From the human T2T-CHM13v2.0 reference genome, Homo sapiens: a stretch of DNA of 64,000 nucleotides. The notes below the pieces were generated by a model that was given only the letters and a program-made list of their open reading frames with translations, did not search any database and was not told where the DNA came from. Positions 33,871-52,479 of the stretch are shown here, in pieces. The position numbers and the translations under genes were made by a program. Numbering within the stretch: the stretch's first letter is position 1; every line of letters starts with the position of its first letter. The stretch lies in the NCBI RefSeq assembly GCF_009914755.1, contig NC_060927.1. One strand, written 5' to 3'.

Positions 33871-35139
33871 ACTTCTATTTTCTTGAATAGCCACTGACAT
33901 CTATACAATACATATGCAAAGACATAATCCATAAAAATTACAGTGAGTTGCTACATAGAGATAAAGACTAAAGAGAGTATTAAGGTAGAAGAAGCAGTTA
34001 TAAAATGATATAAAAATGGAACTTGAATAGTTTACTATAATTGAAAGAATGGAATTTAATCATATTAAACGGAAAACATATACATGAAACTAAGATCATG
34101 TGACCTATTAAAGTTAAAAATATATTCTTAGTGGCTAAATTGGGACTAAAATCCTCATCTCTTACTTGAAAGCTCTTTTAATGATGCTTGCTCCTATTTC
34201 ATACTGGTTTTCAGGTTTTAATTCTTATTCTGCTATTGTTGAGAGCTTCTTTCAAAGGAAAAAAATAGAATATATTAAAACGCATACTGGAAAGCAAAGA
34301 ATCTTGAGGGTGGAAATCGTACACTTAAAGGAGGATAGTTATTATAAGAATTTCCATTAAAAACACAGTGCTAGATTTTTCACCCAAAGCTCTGTGGTTT
34401 ACTTTTCTGTCTTTGGGAATTTCACAAACAACTTATGAAGTTCTAGCCAAAACTTTGAGGTTTGCCTTTCCATAAGTGTATGGAACAAGCCAAGAGCTGT
34501 AAGTGTAGCCAAATGAAACAATGAAAACCACAAGACCTGCTGGCCTTGCTCCTCTTTCCTTTACTTGATTTTGAGTCCCTGGAGAAGAAACCACCTGAGT
34601 TTCATTTGTATATGGTTAAGGCTCTTGAGAACTAAGCCTCCTAGCTAATGGTTCTCACTCAACTTGAAATAAAGGCATACAAGTATTGAATACTAAGGAA
34701 GTGGAAACATTTTGGTTCCTATTATTCCTGTTGTTCTATTTATTTATTGTCAAAGGGACCTCTGCAGACATGCACACAGCCACAGTGTGCTTCTGTTTCC
34801 AGGAATTCTGGAGGGCACAGTGATACATATCTCTTCAGAAATGGAATATGCTGAGCCCCACTAGCCAGAATAATAGACTGTATACTGCTTGAAAACAGAG
34901 TTAATGTATTTTATATTTCCTTTTTTATTCCCTGGTAAACCTCTAGTATATTATTCAGTAAAAGTTTATTTTTAACTCTCTGGCTCAATTTGCCACCCTA
35001 GTCAGGGCTGTGTCTTACACAACATTTGTCTTTCTTGTCTCTAGTATTCTAACATTTTAGTGCCCTGCTCCAGTCCCAACACTGATTACACTGCAGTGCA
35101 AATTCAATTTAACTAAGACTTATTAAGCAATGTAATCTC

Positions 35140-35292
35140 TGGAGCCTGATTGCTGGAGTTACTTAACCTTTTGGTGCCTCAGTTTCATTATCTACTTTAT
35201 TCTTCATAGGATTGTTGTAAGGTTAAATGAGTGTACACATATGAAGTGCTTACAACAGTGCCTGGCACACCACAAGTGCTCAATAAATATTT
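35140..35292 (+). mobile_element. MIR
   Basis: gttacttaacc...tgcctcagtttc...acagtgcctggcaca...gctcaataaat. Confidence 0.85.
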
Positions 35293-35589
35293 GTTGCTAG
35301 TAGCAGTGGTAAGGCCCAGCATTAGGTACTGGAATATGAAGAAAATGGGAAGCTTTGAGTAGCCTTAAAAAACATAGCAAACACCTTCAGTTGGCAACAC
35401 TTGGTAACAGATCTGCCTTTCTCTTCAGGGTCATTTATGTTTGACATGAAAAACTAAAAGAAATAAGCTCTAAGGCTGACATTTCTTGCACTCAGTAGAA
35501 GAGAGCTCTTGGAGAGCTGGACACATTTACTCACTAACCTATTCAATTATTCATTGACTCATTCAGTAATTATGAAGTTACCTACTGTT

Positions 35590-36325
35590 TCTGTGCATGC
35601 TAGGTAGGGTAATTCTAGGTGCTGTAACAAACAAATTTCTAAATGGTAGTACTCTAACAAAACACCACTTTAATGCTGGCTCATGCAACACCCCAATGTG
35701 GATGCTCCTGGTTGGAACACAGCTTTCCACTGCATGATGGCTCAGGGACCCAGGATCCTCCCATCTTGTGGATGCATCATCACCCAGGGCCTCAAAGTAT
35801 TATGCTTCCTATCACAAGTTGGAATAGAAAAGGATAGACAAGGTAAAGTTGCTTATTAATTGCTTTGTTCTGGTGGAAGTAACAAATACTACTTTTTCCT
35901 GGCAAGACCCCATTCAGATGCAAGGGAACAGGGAAAATATAGATACTGCTTGGGTAGCTGCTTATAAAAACCAAATCTATCCTATAGAAGAGGGGGAACA
36001 AGTTCTTTTCTGTTTCAATCTGTTGCTGCCCAGGCTGGAGTGCCGTGGCATGATCTCAACTCAAAGCAACTTCCAGTTCTTGGGTTCAAGCAATTCTCCT
36101 GCCTCAGCCTCCTGAGTAGCTGGACTACAGGCATATGCCACCATGCCCGGCTAATTTTTGTATTTTTAGTAGAGACGAAGTTTCACCATGTAGACCAGGC
36201 TAGTCTTGAACTCCTGACCTCAGGTGATCCACCTGCATTGGCCTCCCAAAGTGCTGGGATTACAGGCATGAGCCACCATTCCTGGCCTGAGGGGGAACAA
36301 ATTCTGCTGTCTGATTAGTCATCTC
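35590..36325 (-). mobile_element. MLT1 (J/K/L-like) LTR, interrupted by an Alu
   Basis: ctaggtgctgtaacaaac...ctcagggacccaggatcctcccatcttgtggatg. Confidence 0.7.
36007..36287 (-). mobile_element. AluSx/Sz
   Basis: Full dimer with an eroded tail. TSD gagggggaacaa(g/a)ttct (35990-36006 / 36289-36305). Confidence 0.9.
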
Positions 36326-38137
36326 TTCTCTGCTGAGATACAGAGATACATATAAGACCTGCCCTCATTTATCATTGGAAGAGCAGGGGCACAAGCTGGA
36401 AACCCAGAGATGGGATTCCCTATTATGCCTGGAAGGTCAAGCAATGCTTTAGGGAGAACGTAGAGACCATAGCTACCTCCTGTATTAGTACAGGTCAACA
36501 ATACAACAGAAAAGATGTCATGTTTTTAAAAGGGACTATGATTTGCAGGGGTACTGAGGCAATGTAACTCCACAAGGCTGGAACACATGTGTAGAGAACT
36601 GGTTGGGAAAAGAACCATATATTCAGTTGAACAATATTTTATAGGGGACACAAATTAATCTGTAGAAAAATTACCCTGAAGACAGTGTGTAAGCCATTTG
36701 AAGATATTAAAGACTCTGAAGCCAGTTAACAAATAAAAAAACTTAAATAGGAGGACATGGGCATGGTAAATTCTGCAGAAATTACAAAGTAGTTTGATAT
36801 TTTACCTCCTATGTGGTTGCTTGTTCTTTCTACATGTGATTTCTATCTTATTTTGAATATTTTACAATGCAAAGAAAAAAACAAAAGTCAATTAAAAGTT
36901 TTATAATTTTTTAGAAAACTCTAAATTACTTTTTGGCCCTTTATAATTTACATTGCAAAGCAATAAATGAGAGTCAAAAGGTACATACAGGGTACTGTAC
37001 TCTGCATGGTGAAATAAGGACTCGCCATGCTGAAGACTCAAAGTCACAGATTTAAATACACACACCCACAGACATACACACACAGGCATATACACACTAC
37101 GCATGTGCTTTATTGCATGGGGAACAAAATCAATTAGGAACTGAGTATAAAGAAAAGGAATATTTGTCCTATTTATCTTTCTTCTGACCACTTACTTCCC
37201 TTACATATCCCACAGTTAATGTCCTAGTCATTGTAAATCCACTAGGAGATTTAGCTTACATGAGTAACCACCATCTACTCAATATTTTTCTGGGAACTTG
37301 GCTGCCAATTGGGTTCATCAAATATTTGAGGGTTATTTTCAAAGACTCTAGGCTGTCTAGTGCCAAGCTAACTTTGGCCCAGCAACTTACCCTTGATTTT
37401 TAAGTAGCTTCCTGCTAAAGAAAATTGAATCTGCATGTTTCTAATCCATTTAAAGTTAGATCATCAAAATACAGCTTTAAAAAAGCGATCCAAAATAATT
37501 GTGAGTTTCTTCATTCTTCCTTCCATTAAATGAGGATGTCTCAAGTGTTACACTTCAAGTTTGTTGTAAAGCTCGAAACTCTTAGAAACTGACTTTAAAA
37601 GTTGGCAGTCTCTATTCTCTTATCCCTAAGGCATATAGTAGGTACTTTGAAAGTTTGCTTTTAAACATGTTTTCAGAACATTCTTGGAGCTCATTCATGT
37701 AGGACTGAGTTCCTTCCTTTCCACCAAGCCACAATTCTTCCTCCATTGGGAGTCTCCCTTGAATTCAACGGAAGCTGCACAGGTGGAATGTCATGATGGC
37801 TTCATGAGAAAAAATTTGGGACAGTTATTTCCAATTTTCTATCCAATATAATCTTAGGTTCTTCTTCAGGCAAGACTGTGTTCAAAATTACTTCCTGCCA
37901 CAAGAATTCAAAATTTCATTGTAATTTTCCTTGTGTATTGTTTGCTATCATAATCAATCCTACATCAAGATGACCCTTTCAGAGTCTTTTATATATTTTT
38001 CTTATAGAAACACAGAGAAATTAGTGAAGCTTGTTCAATTACCTTGTAAACCTTACATTCATCATAGCTATGTTATTTTATTTGGGATTATACGATTTCT
38101 TAGCTTACAAGTATTCAAAATTAAAAAGGAAATATTG

Positions 38138-38316
38138 TATTTATTTATTTATTTTTTATTTTTTAGAGACAGCATCCTGCTCTGTCACCCAGGCAAGGCT
38201 AAAGTGAAGTGGCACCCTCATAGTTTACTGCAGCCTCAAATTTCTGGCCTCAAGCAATTCTCCCACCTTAGCCTCCTGAGTAGCTAGAATTACCAGCACG
38301 TGCCACTATGCCTGAT
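38138..38316 (-). mobile_element. FRAM or AluJ right monomer
   Basis: Single diverged monomer with a (TTTA)n tail. Confidence 0.8.
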
Positions 38317-40147
38317 TTGAGAAGATTAATTATTTTATCATCATCATATAAAAATTGCATTATTGCCTATTTCTAACTCCATTTATTCACTAAAAATTTG
38401 TGCCTTTAATGTTCAGAAATAATTTTAGGGTCTATGGTAAATACTAAGATGAATATGACAAAAATCATTAACTTACCACGCTAAACATATCACTGTCCAA
38501 GTGTATTGTGTCTTTGTAGATTCCATATCATTAATGCACATTCAAAGAAATTCCATAAGTTTTTCATAGGATAATTACTGACACCGTGTTTTTAGATTAT
38601 TTAACAGAGCTTATGACTCATGAAAAGTTGGTATATCTTAATGGAACATTCAGACTAAAGTGATTAAATAAAATAACATTTGGGGTCAGACGATGTTCTC
38701 ATTGATCATGCTACCATATCTTCATCTACCTCCTTAGCCACTCCGTTACTCTGACCTCCATCTCTCCTTTTCATCTGCAGCTTTTCCAATGGTTCCATTG
38801 CTCCTCCTCTGTCAGCCTTTATTTTTACAAACACATTTATGTTGTGGAATTTTTCACTCATCTTATGCCAAATACTAAAGATAGTTCTCCGTTTTCTTTC
38901 TACTGAAACTTTGAGCAACATTCATCCCTGTTGATTCCATAACCATAGTAAGACGCTTTCTTTCTGTAATAACACTTCATTTTGGTTGTCCCTCTATATC
39001 TCCATTATCGTTTCTCAGCCTTTTACATTAGTTTTCCTCCTAAACCTGAGTTTCATTATTTAAGTCCTTTATGACAATCTAATACAGCAGGTACCATTTC
39101 TAGAAATGATGAATCTGGGTGGGCGTTCCAAGACAGCCAAATAGGAACAGCTCCAGTCTGCAGCTCCCAGTGTGATTGACGCAGAAGACAGGTGATTTCT
39201 GCATTTCCACCTGAGGTACCTGGTTCATCTCACTGGGACTGGTTGGATGGTGGGTGCAGTGCAGGGAGGGTGGAGCACAAGCTGAAGCAGGGTGGGGCAT
39301 TGCCTCGCCCGGGAAGTACAAGGGGTCAGGGGATTTCCCTTTCCTAGCCAAGGGATGCTGTGGGAGACTACCTGGAAAAATGGGACACTCCCACACAAAT
39401 ACTATGCTTTTCCCAAGGTCTTAGCAACTGGCAGACAAGGTGATCCTCTCTTGTGCCTGGCTTGGTGGCTCCCACACCCATGGAGCCTTGCTCACTGCTA
39501 GCGCAGCCATCTGAGATCGATCTGCCAGACAGCGGGCTGGCTGTGGAAGGGGCGTCTGCCATTGCTGAGGCTTGAGTAGGTAAACAGAGCCTCCTGGAAG
39601 CTCGAACTGGGCAGAGCCCACTGCAGCTCAAGGCCTACTGCCTCTAGACTCCACCTCTTTGGGCAGGGCATAGCTGAACAAAAGGCAGCAGACAACTTCT
39701 GCAGACTTAAACGTCCCTGTCTGACACCTCTGAAGAGTGCAGTGGTTCTGCCAGCATGGCTTTTGAGCTCTGAGAACAGACAGACTGCCTCCTCAAGTGG
39801 GTCCCTGAACCCCAAGTAGCCTAACTGAGAGACACCTCCCAGTAGCGGCTGACAGACACCTCATATAGGTGGCTGCCCCTCTGGGACAAAGTTTCAGAGG
39901 GAGGATCAGGTAGCGATATTTGCTGTTCTGCAATATTTGCTGTTCTGCAGCCTCCGCTGGTGATACACAGGCAAAAAGTGGAACTCCAGCAAACTCCAAC
40001 AGACCTGCAGCTGAAGGACCTGACTGTTAGAAGGAAAACTAACAAACAGAAAGGAATAGCATCAATATCAACAAAAAGTTCATCTACACCAAAACCCCAT
40101 CTGTAGGTCACCAATATCAAAGACCAAAGTTAGATAAAACCACAAAG

Positions 40148-41174
40148 ATGGGGAGAAACCAGAGCAGAAAAGCTGAAAATTCTAAAAATCAGAGCACCTC
40201 TTATCCTCCAAAGTGTTGCAGCTTCTCGCCAGCAGTGGAACAAAGCTGGACAGAGAATGACTTTGACGAGTTGACAGAAGTAGGCTTCAGAAGGTCGTTA
40301 ATAACAAACTTCTCCGAGCTAAAGGAGGATGTTCTAAACCATCGCAAGGAAGCTAAAAACCTTGAAAAAAGATTAGACGAACGGCTAACTAGAATAAACA
40401 GTGTAGAGAAGGCCTTAAATGACCTGATGGAGCTGAAAACCACAGCACAAGAATTTTGTGACACATGCACAAACATCAATGGCCCATTCAGTCAAGCGGA
40501 AGAAAGGGTATCAGTGATTGAATATCAAATTAACGAAATAAAGCGAGAAGACAAGGTTAGAGAAAAAAAGAGTAAAAAGGAATGAACAAAGCCTCCAAGA
40601 AATATGGGACTATGTGAAAAGACCAAATCTACATTTGAGTGGTGTATCTGAAAGTGACAGGGAGAATGGAGCCAAGTTAGATATTCCTCCTCAGGATATT
40701 ATCCAGGAGAATGTCCCCAGTGTAGCAAGGCAGGCCAACATTCAAATTCAGGAAATACAGAGAACACTACAAAGATACTCCTCGAGAAGAGCAACCCCAA
40801 GACACATAATTGTCAGATTCACCAAGGCTGAAATGAAGGAAAAAGTGTCAAGGGCAGCCAGAAAGAATGGTCGAGTTACCCACAAAGTGAAGCCCATCAG
40901 AATAACAGCTCATCTCTCAATAAAAACCCTACAAGCCAGAAGGGAGTTGGGGCCAATATTCAACATTCTTAAAGAAAAGAATTTTCAACCCAGCATTGCA
41001 TATCCAGCCAAACTAAGCTTCATAAGTGAAGGAGAAATCAAATCCTTTACAGACAAACAAATGCTGAGAGATTTTGTCATCACCAGGCCTGCCTTACAAG
41101 AGCTCCTGAAGGAAGCACTGAACATAGAAAGAAACAACCAGTACCAGCCACTGCAAAAACGTGCAAAATTGTAA
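40148..41174 (+). pseudogene. L1 ORF1p (disrupted)
   Basis: MGRNQSRKAENSKNQ...ALQELLKEALN...QPLQKRAKL, broken into two ORFs near 40585. Confidence 0.95.
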
Positions 41175-41234
41175 AGCTCATTGATGCTATAAAGAAATCG
41201 CAATTAATGGGCAAAATAACCAGCGAACATCATA

Positions 41235-45144
<3,910 letters not shown>

Positions 45145-48100
45145 ACAAAAAGATCACTTGGACACAGGGCGGAGAACATCACACACCGGGGTCTTTTGGG
45201 GGGTGGGGGACTGGGGGATGGATAGCATTAGGAGAAATACCTAATGTAGATGACGGTTTGATGGGTGCAGCAAACCAACATGGCACATGTATACCTATGT
45301 ATCAAACCTGCACATTGTGCGCATGTACCCTAGAACTTAAATTATAATAATAAAAATAAAAGAAATGATGAATCTGAAGGTATTTTATGATTACACAAAT
45401 AATAAATGGTAGAGATAGAATTTTGACCCAAATCTATCTATCTCCAAATCCGGTTTTTTTTTTTTTTTAATACACACTTTTCCTTCCTGGGCCATAATAA
45501 GGGTGGTGACAGTGTTTGTCTCTCTTTTCCTGCTGTAAGCATCAGCTAGCTTTCCTTTTTTTTTAGGGCTACTTCAACCCATGAGTAATCTGAATTCCAC
45601 TCATTCAATTTCTTTTTACCCTCCTATATTCTTGGTTTTTGGTAGCACATAGTTTTTCGAGCTCACCAATTTCTTTTTTCTTGTTGTTTGAGGAATTTAC
45701 TGTAAATCACTATAGGAAAGCAAATGGCACAACCATGTGATTATTACAAAGGTTGAAGAGTCTTATCATGTTATTGAAAAAGCAAGATAACCTACTTTCA
45801 TATAAACTAGTGTTCATATTTTAATGCCAAGACATCATAACTCATATGTTCTTTTATACAAATTAGCAAATTAAATGTGTTTAATAACTAATTGCATATC
45901 TCATATTTATTTCCACAAAGGTTTATAACAAAATGCCCTGCCAATAGAAGTTATAAAGTTTTAGACGTTTGTAATTAGTGAGAGGAAAATCAAGTATAAT
46001 TAATCTTTGCCAACTCTCTCAGTTCCCCTGTATGTTTTAGCTCTATCACTTAGGAAATCATTGAGATATAGGTGTGATTGTACCTAATACATTCCCATAC
46101 GTGTCTAACACCTCCTCTTAGCAGCCCCAGACTTCCTTATGCACAATCATTTTGGAAAGTGTAGATTTATTCCCTTATGAGCATTTTTAAAAAGGTGAAA
46201 ACTGAAGTGTAAATGGCATTCATCTCACCAAATCAGTTGGAATGGAGCTGCTGTTAAGGTGATTTCAAAGGGAAAAAAAGAGGAATATAATGCATCTCTC
46301 AGTAACAAATTCTTTGAATACAAACTATCTGAGCACTAATCTCAGATGCAGACTTGGTTCAGGCAGTTTGATTTGCAGCTTTAATTTAGAGAGTAGTGGT
46401 TTTGATGTGAGTTAAGGACAGAGCTTGAAAATCTGAATAAACAATAAAATAGGTCACTACAAGTGTATACATAGTGTATTCCTGCTAACAATGCATTTCT
46501 GGAAAAGAGGTAAATGAGACTTCGCTCAGGTGACAAATCCACTCAGTTCTCTCATGCATGTAAGCATAATCTAAGACTAACTGTGAGGGAAATTCCATTT
46601 TCAAATAATTTATTCATTAAATAATCTCTTCCACATCTTATTAAAACCCAATAAACATAAGAAAATGAAAAAAAAAAACACTGCTATTAGACACTACAAT
46701 CAATCTCATTGATTTAGAAAGTAAATTGCATCACCACCTCCTTTCTCCTTTGCTAGATTTTGAGTCCCTTATATGAAAGGCCTGAGATTTAAGAATATTT
46801 GTTTCTCTGGTGCTTCTCATAGTAATGGCATACAATAGACATACAATAAATGTCCACTGTAATAAAAAACAATTTTTTTTCTGTTCAGAGATATTACAGA
46901 ATCACCAAGTTGAGTAAAAAGTTGGAGCAACTTGATAGTCCTCTATCACATGATTTGAAACTGAAATTAATTGCTCTCTTCTTTGCTAGATAATTTTTTT
47001 CAAATGGCTAAGGGTGGGGTTAATTTTGACAGGTAAGTTTTATAGTTTGGATACACATTAAACATTTGGTTTTAATTGAGGGCTTTTTTTTCCCCTTCAG
47101 GCCACCCAAAAGCTTCTTTGTAAGAATATGTTTATGTCTGTATGTTTTTTTCCCTTTCACCATTTGCTGATACAGTATTTAATTTCTTTCATTTATGGCC
47201 TAAAGTATAATATTCTGTCTATTGAAAGAGCCTTCACTAAGTATGAAAAAAGTATATATTTCAGTTTTCCATTAGGAAATCCAAAACCTCCATATTCCAT
47301 TTGGATGCTGCATTTCACTATTTTGTCCCAGTTTCTTAAAAAGTGCTAGAAGGCATAAGACCAAAATCTAACAGAAATATGGAAATTAACTCAGTAGGTA
47401 TCCCAAATTCTATTTTCCTTTACCTTCATGTTAAACTTACGTGGAACTAAAATAACTAGCAAATGTATTCAATTTACTTTTATTTAATGCATGAAAAATA
47501 ATTGTTTCATTGCCTGATTTTTAAGAAAAAGAGGCAGGAGAGACAGACACATGCACACACATACACACACACACAGTGGGAGAGAGACAGAATAATTTCT
47601 TAAAAATTTGTTTTCTAAATCTAGAAAGCAGAAAAGTTCTAAAGCCTTATATTTCATTTATTGCTGTCTTCATTGTTAGGACAGCAGCTCCCAGCTCCAA
47701 ATATCATATGCTCGAAGAATCTCAGGGCCAGACCATAAAATGTCATTCTTTTAAAGTAAAATAATAAATTCATAATGAAGAGATTAATAATTTGTAAAAG
47801 TAATTCACCCTAAGAGACAGTCTGTAACTTTGTTGTAAAGCAAGACGTTTGTGATTTAATTAATTTTAATTTGTTTAAAAAAATGTAGTCTCTCAGGGGC
47901 ATGGCATTTTTTATGCAATCTGGGGAGAATAAATAAAGCAAAATAATAAATCGGTATTATTATAGAATGATTGAAATGGTATCCAGACAATATTTGAGAG
48001 GCATCGGCACTTGAGCCATTAGAAAGTTGTGCTCTATAGAAAGCAAGATAATTTTCCAGGCTCTACCACAGCCTGAATGAAATATCCCTCAAGACCACAG

Positions 48101-49069
48101 AAATCCCTTTGCCTGGATTTCATGGTCAGCATATACTTTTATAGTAGAAAAAGATGCCACAGTTTGCAAATATAATTACTCCAGGCACTAAAGAAGTACG
48201 TTGGAAAATTTCATTCTATGTGAAAAAATGATATTCCATCTCATAAACTAAAATTTCTTAAAACAAATAACAAATATTCATTGAGCTAAGCATAGAAAAA
48301 TAAGTAAGAACACATTCTCTATATTGAAGAAATTTACAATATGAAAGGATGAAAAGAAAGGCACAAAGCTAACTCTACTACACAATGCTTGTTGATGTCC
48401 TTCCTGATAGTTTAAAGGCAGATAAGAGAGAGCATTTCCTCTGCCTGGTTTTGCTCACTGAAGTCCTTCTGCATGAGTTGACACTTCAACTTCAACGGGT
48501 AGTTTGCTTTTCTTGAGTTTAGTTAGCACAAATTGGTTCAGTTAAATTTCATAAGAAGCATATCACTGAATTGACTGTTTTTCCTTCTTTATTTCCTTCT
48601 TTAATAACATTACACAATGGAAATGATTAATTAAGCAAGATTGTATAAATAACTTTGGATGAGGCCCAAAAAATGTAACCTAAATTAAGTTAGGTGTCTT
48701 TAAACTACATCATATGCTACTTCAGTACATTACCACAGTCAAGAAAATAGACAAAATTGCATGTCGGTGCACACACACATACGTACATACAAATTCAATT
48801 TGAAAACATTGAAAAGTGATGTAGATTTCTTTATTCTATGATGTAGAAGTTTTATTTGAGGGATGAGAAATAAATATAATGGATACATTGTAAATATTTG
48901 AAAAACTCCCCTGTAAATTTCCTCTCTACTCTTAGTGTTTCCCAGCTACCACATCTTGCCTTTTATCCTTATATCTTTAATATTTCTCTTGTCATCGTAT
49001 TACACAATTCCTATCTGTAATCCTGCAAAACATCTAAAATCACAATTTAAAAATTAATCAAAGTGACAA

Positions 49070-49505
49070 TTTATTTTTGTACGTGTCCCCAGAATCCGTG
49101 TGTCTGAAACTTAATGCCCAGTGTTGGAAGGTGGGCCTAATGGGAGGTGTTTAGGTCATGTGACACATAATTTTCAGTATGGTTTAAGAAATGTAACCTA
49201 AACTAAAATGAGTATCTTTAAATGGCACCATATCCTACCTCAGTACTTTATTAATAGTACTAATAACTAATTAGTACTATTCAATTAATGTCATTATAAA
49301 CAGGGCTCCTGGGCATGGGTTCACTCTCTTGTGCCTTTTTGCCCTCTGCCTTCCATTTTGTTAGGACAGAGCAAGAAGCCCTCACTGGATGCTGACACCT
49401 TCATCTTGCACTTTTCCTCCATAACTGTGAGAAATAAAATTTTTGTTCGTTATAAATTACCTTGTATGAGATATTATGCTATAGCACACAAATGGACTAA
49501 GAGAA
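49070..49505 (+). mobile_element. MST/MLT1A-type MaLR solo LTR with an internal insertion
   Basis: ggtgggcctaatgggaggtgtttaggtcatg...actgtgagaaataaa...ggactaaga. Confidence 0.8.
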
Positions 49506-51874
49506 CAATATTAAAACCTTGTCCTTCATGAAAACGTGGACTTATCAGTTGAGCCTAGCCTGATGTGGAGAGACTTAACTCTTATCTATAATTCTCAATG
49601 ATAATGAAAAACAGACTAGTTTTTCTTTTTATAAATGTCATCGGGTAATAGTAATAACTTTATTAGTGAAATACTCATTATATATAAGGAACTGCAGGCA
49701 AAATACCATTTGTGATTCTCACAACAATGCTGGAATAGAGTTTTCTTATTTTAACAGATGAGGAAACACCAAGAACTTAGACAAGAACTTAAACCAAGCT
49801 TCTGTGACTCTAGCATCATCACTTTTCGACTATGATGGTTTTACACAAAGCAGTAATAGCAGTATATTTTGAATATATGAGCACGGGTACTTTAAAATAT
49901 ATGGCCAAGAACAACATCAACAAAAAAATTCTTGAAGTCCAAAGATATTTGACCTCACATTCCCTTCCCCTAACCACTCAAAAATGGGTATGTTCATCTA
50001 CACGCCAAAAATAATTAATTCAGGAATATTTCCCAGTTGCTAAATGCTGTAGTCTCCAAGACAGTACCCATTACTTCAACCTTGAAAACCTGTGGTTGTG
50101 AAGAAGCAGTAATCTTTCCTAAAGTGACCTTTTAGGGGAAAATGGGTTTTGAAAATCTGATTTCTAAAAATGTTACTCCATGAATGATCTACCACAGATA
50201 TTCAAAGCATACGCCTTTAGTAATGAGTCTGTCACCAGCTAGAAATAGGGCAAGCATTGGTGTATAGGATATTTGAACCATATTAAAATGACTAATGGTA
50301 AGCTTTGAAAAAAATTCCTGAAATACAGAAACATGAAATGTTAACATCAAGACCCTTGCATGATTACAAAATCTTTATGCTGATATATTTACACTCTTGA
50401 GGCTCTTCAGATGTGCAGGATGCAGAAATAAATTATAGGTTGACACAGACATTGATTAGATACATATATATGGAGGAGAGAGAGAGAGAAAGAGAGATAA
50501 AGTTGTTTCTATTCTATCTGGCAAACTTTTAGAACATCCTATGAGAAACATATATGTTTAAGACATTTTCAGCAATCATTAAGGCCAGTATCAGGAACCT
50601 ACAAGCAAATGAATAAGACAAATAATATAGGTATTATAATTGATCCAGGATTTCATAATAATACCTATGAAAATAATTCAAATAAATGTCTGAATAGCCT
50701 AATGTAGATGTTTACATTAAGGAAAAGAATAACCTATAACCATTAAGAAGAATATTATTTGCTAATGGGCCATTGCCAATTGGAAGCTAATAATGTAAGA
50801 ATACTAGATACAAAATTTTAAAAATAAGTTATAAGCTTTTAATGCCAGCCAGCAAAATGTAAAATAACTTTACTTCATAAATGTGTTATACTGTACAGAG
50901 AATTTACAGTTTTAAAAAGAATGATTGATGTGTTGAATTTGAAAAAGTTCACATCATTTAGTAATATAACCTTCTTTTCTGTTATGATTTGAAGCATTTG
51001 CAGCTATAATGGCCTTTGAGTCTCTGGGATAAGGGCCTTAGCCAAAGCCAGGAGTTGCCTATAAAGTTCCTTTTGACAGAAACTGGGATGGAATCCAGGC
51101 TCATTTCAGCAATATTTGTGGAGAGGAGGATTGAACTCAATATATTTGACCCAAAAGTGCATTTTTGGGGCTTGCACCATATTTATTAAAGCCTTGTGGC
51201 AGAACTAGAAGTTATTAAATGGGTCAGAGCTGGCTTATAAAGACACAGCTCTAAGCAGTCATAGTTCAATTCGACATATTTCTACTGATCACCTACCTGG
51301 AGCCATATCCTAGGCTAGGAACTCATGATTACAAAACAGAGGCACAGATTCAGGCAACTCACAATCTAAAAGAGAAAGAAGGCACATATAAATAACTATA
51401 AAACATGGCACAGTATAATACATGATTGTAAAAGAGATACCCAGTGCAACAAGGAGTCACAGATATTGAAAAGATCAGTACTGCATTAATGAGGGAAGTA
51501 ACATTTGCATTAGGTGCTGGTAAAATGGCTCATGATCAATGTGTGTGTTGCAGGGAGAGGAAGGACAGGACTCCAGCTAAGAAAATAGTAAACACAAAAT
51601 ACATTGGAGGAACTGAAGTTAGCATTCCAAGAAGCAAAATTTTGGCTATTTTAACATACTTATATGTTTAGAAGAAAATATCAGAGTAAATTATTTGACA
51701 CAAATTTAAAAATGATACAAACTATTTGAAATTAATATGGTCATGTCATTGTTATTTATTCATTTGTAATTAGAAATGTAAGTTGTCTATATGAGAAGGA
51801 AGATCAGAGATTTGAAAATCAAATATGGAACACTTGAAATCACTGCTTCACTACTTACCAGTCATGTGACCCTG

Positions 51875-52357
51875 TGTATTAGTTTCCTACTGCTGCGGTA
51901 ACAAATTACCTGAATCAGTGACCTAAAACAACACAAATTTAGTATCTGACAGTTCCAGAGGTCTGAAGTCCAAAGTAGAGTTATCAGTGCTGTATTTCAA
52001 CTGGAGTTGCTAGGGAGAATCTATTTCTTTGCCATTTCCAGCTTTTGGACGCCATCTACATTCTTTGGCTCATAGCCTCTTCCTCTGTCTTCAAAGCCAG
52101 CAGTACAACATCTTCAAATCTTCCTCCTCTCTGACTTCTGTTATCACAACTTCTCTGACACTAGCCCTTTTGACTCCATCTTATAAAGACCCATGTGATT
52201 ATATTAGGGTTGCCCTGATAATTCAGCATTATCTTCCTATCTCAAAATTTTTAATCATATCTACAAAGCCACTTTTGCCATGTATTGTAACATATTTGCA
52301 TTTTCTGGGGACTAGGATGTGGACACATTTGAAGGACCATTATTCAACATACCATAC
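51875..52357 (-). mobile_element. MLT1 (C/D/E-like) solo LTR
   Basis: tgtattagtttcctactgctgcggtaacaaattacc...ggactaggatgtggacac...ccattattcaacatacca. Confidence 0.85.
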
Positions 52358-52479
52358 CCTGAAACACACAGCACAGTGCTGAATAAAAATTGTAATTCCC
52401 ATTGTCATTGCTGTTAATGGAGTTGTCATTTTGAGGGCTCTCAACAACGGGTTGAACTTTACCCACTTTTTTTGGCAAT

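Noticed and set aside
39916-39950. Tandem atatttgctgttctgca duplication in the L1 5' UTR
   Set aside because: As I recall, this is a feature of L1PA6-era consensus 5' UTRs rather than locus-specific; not verified.
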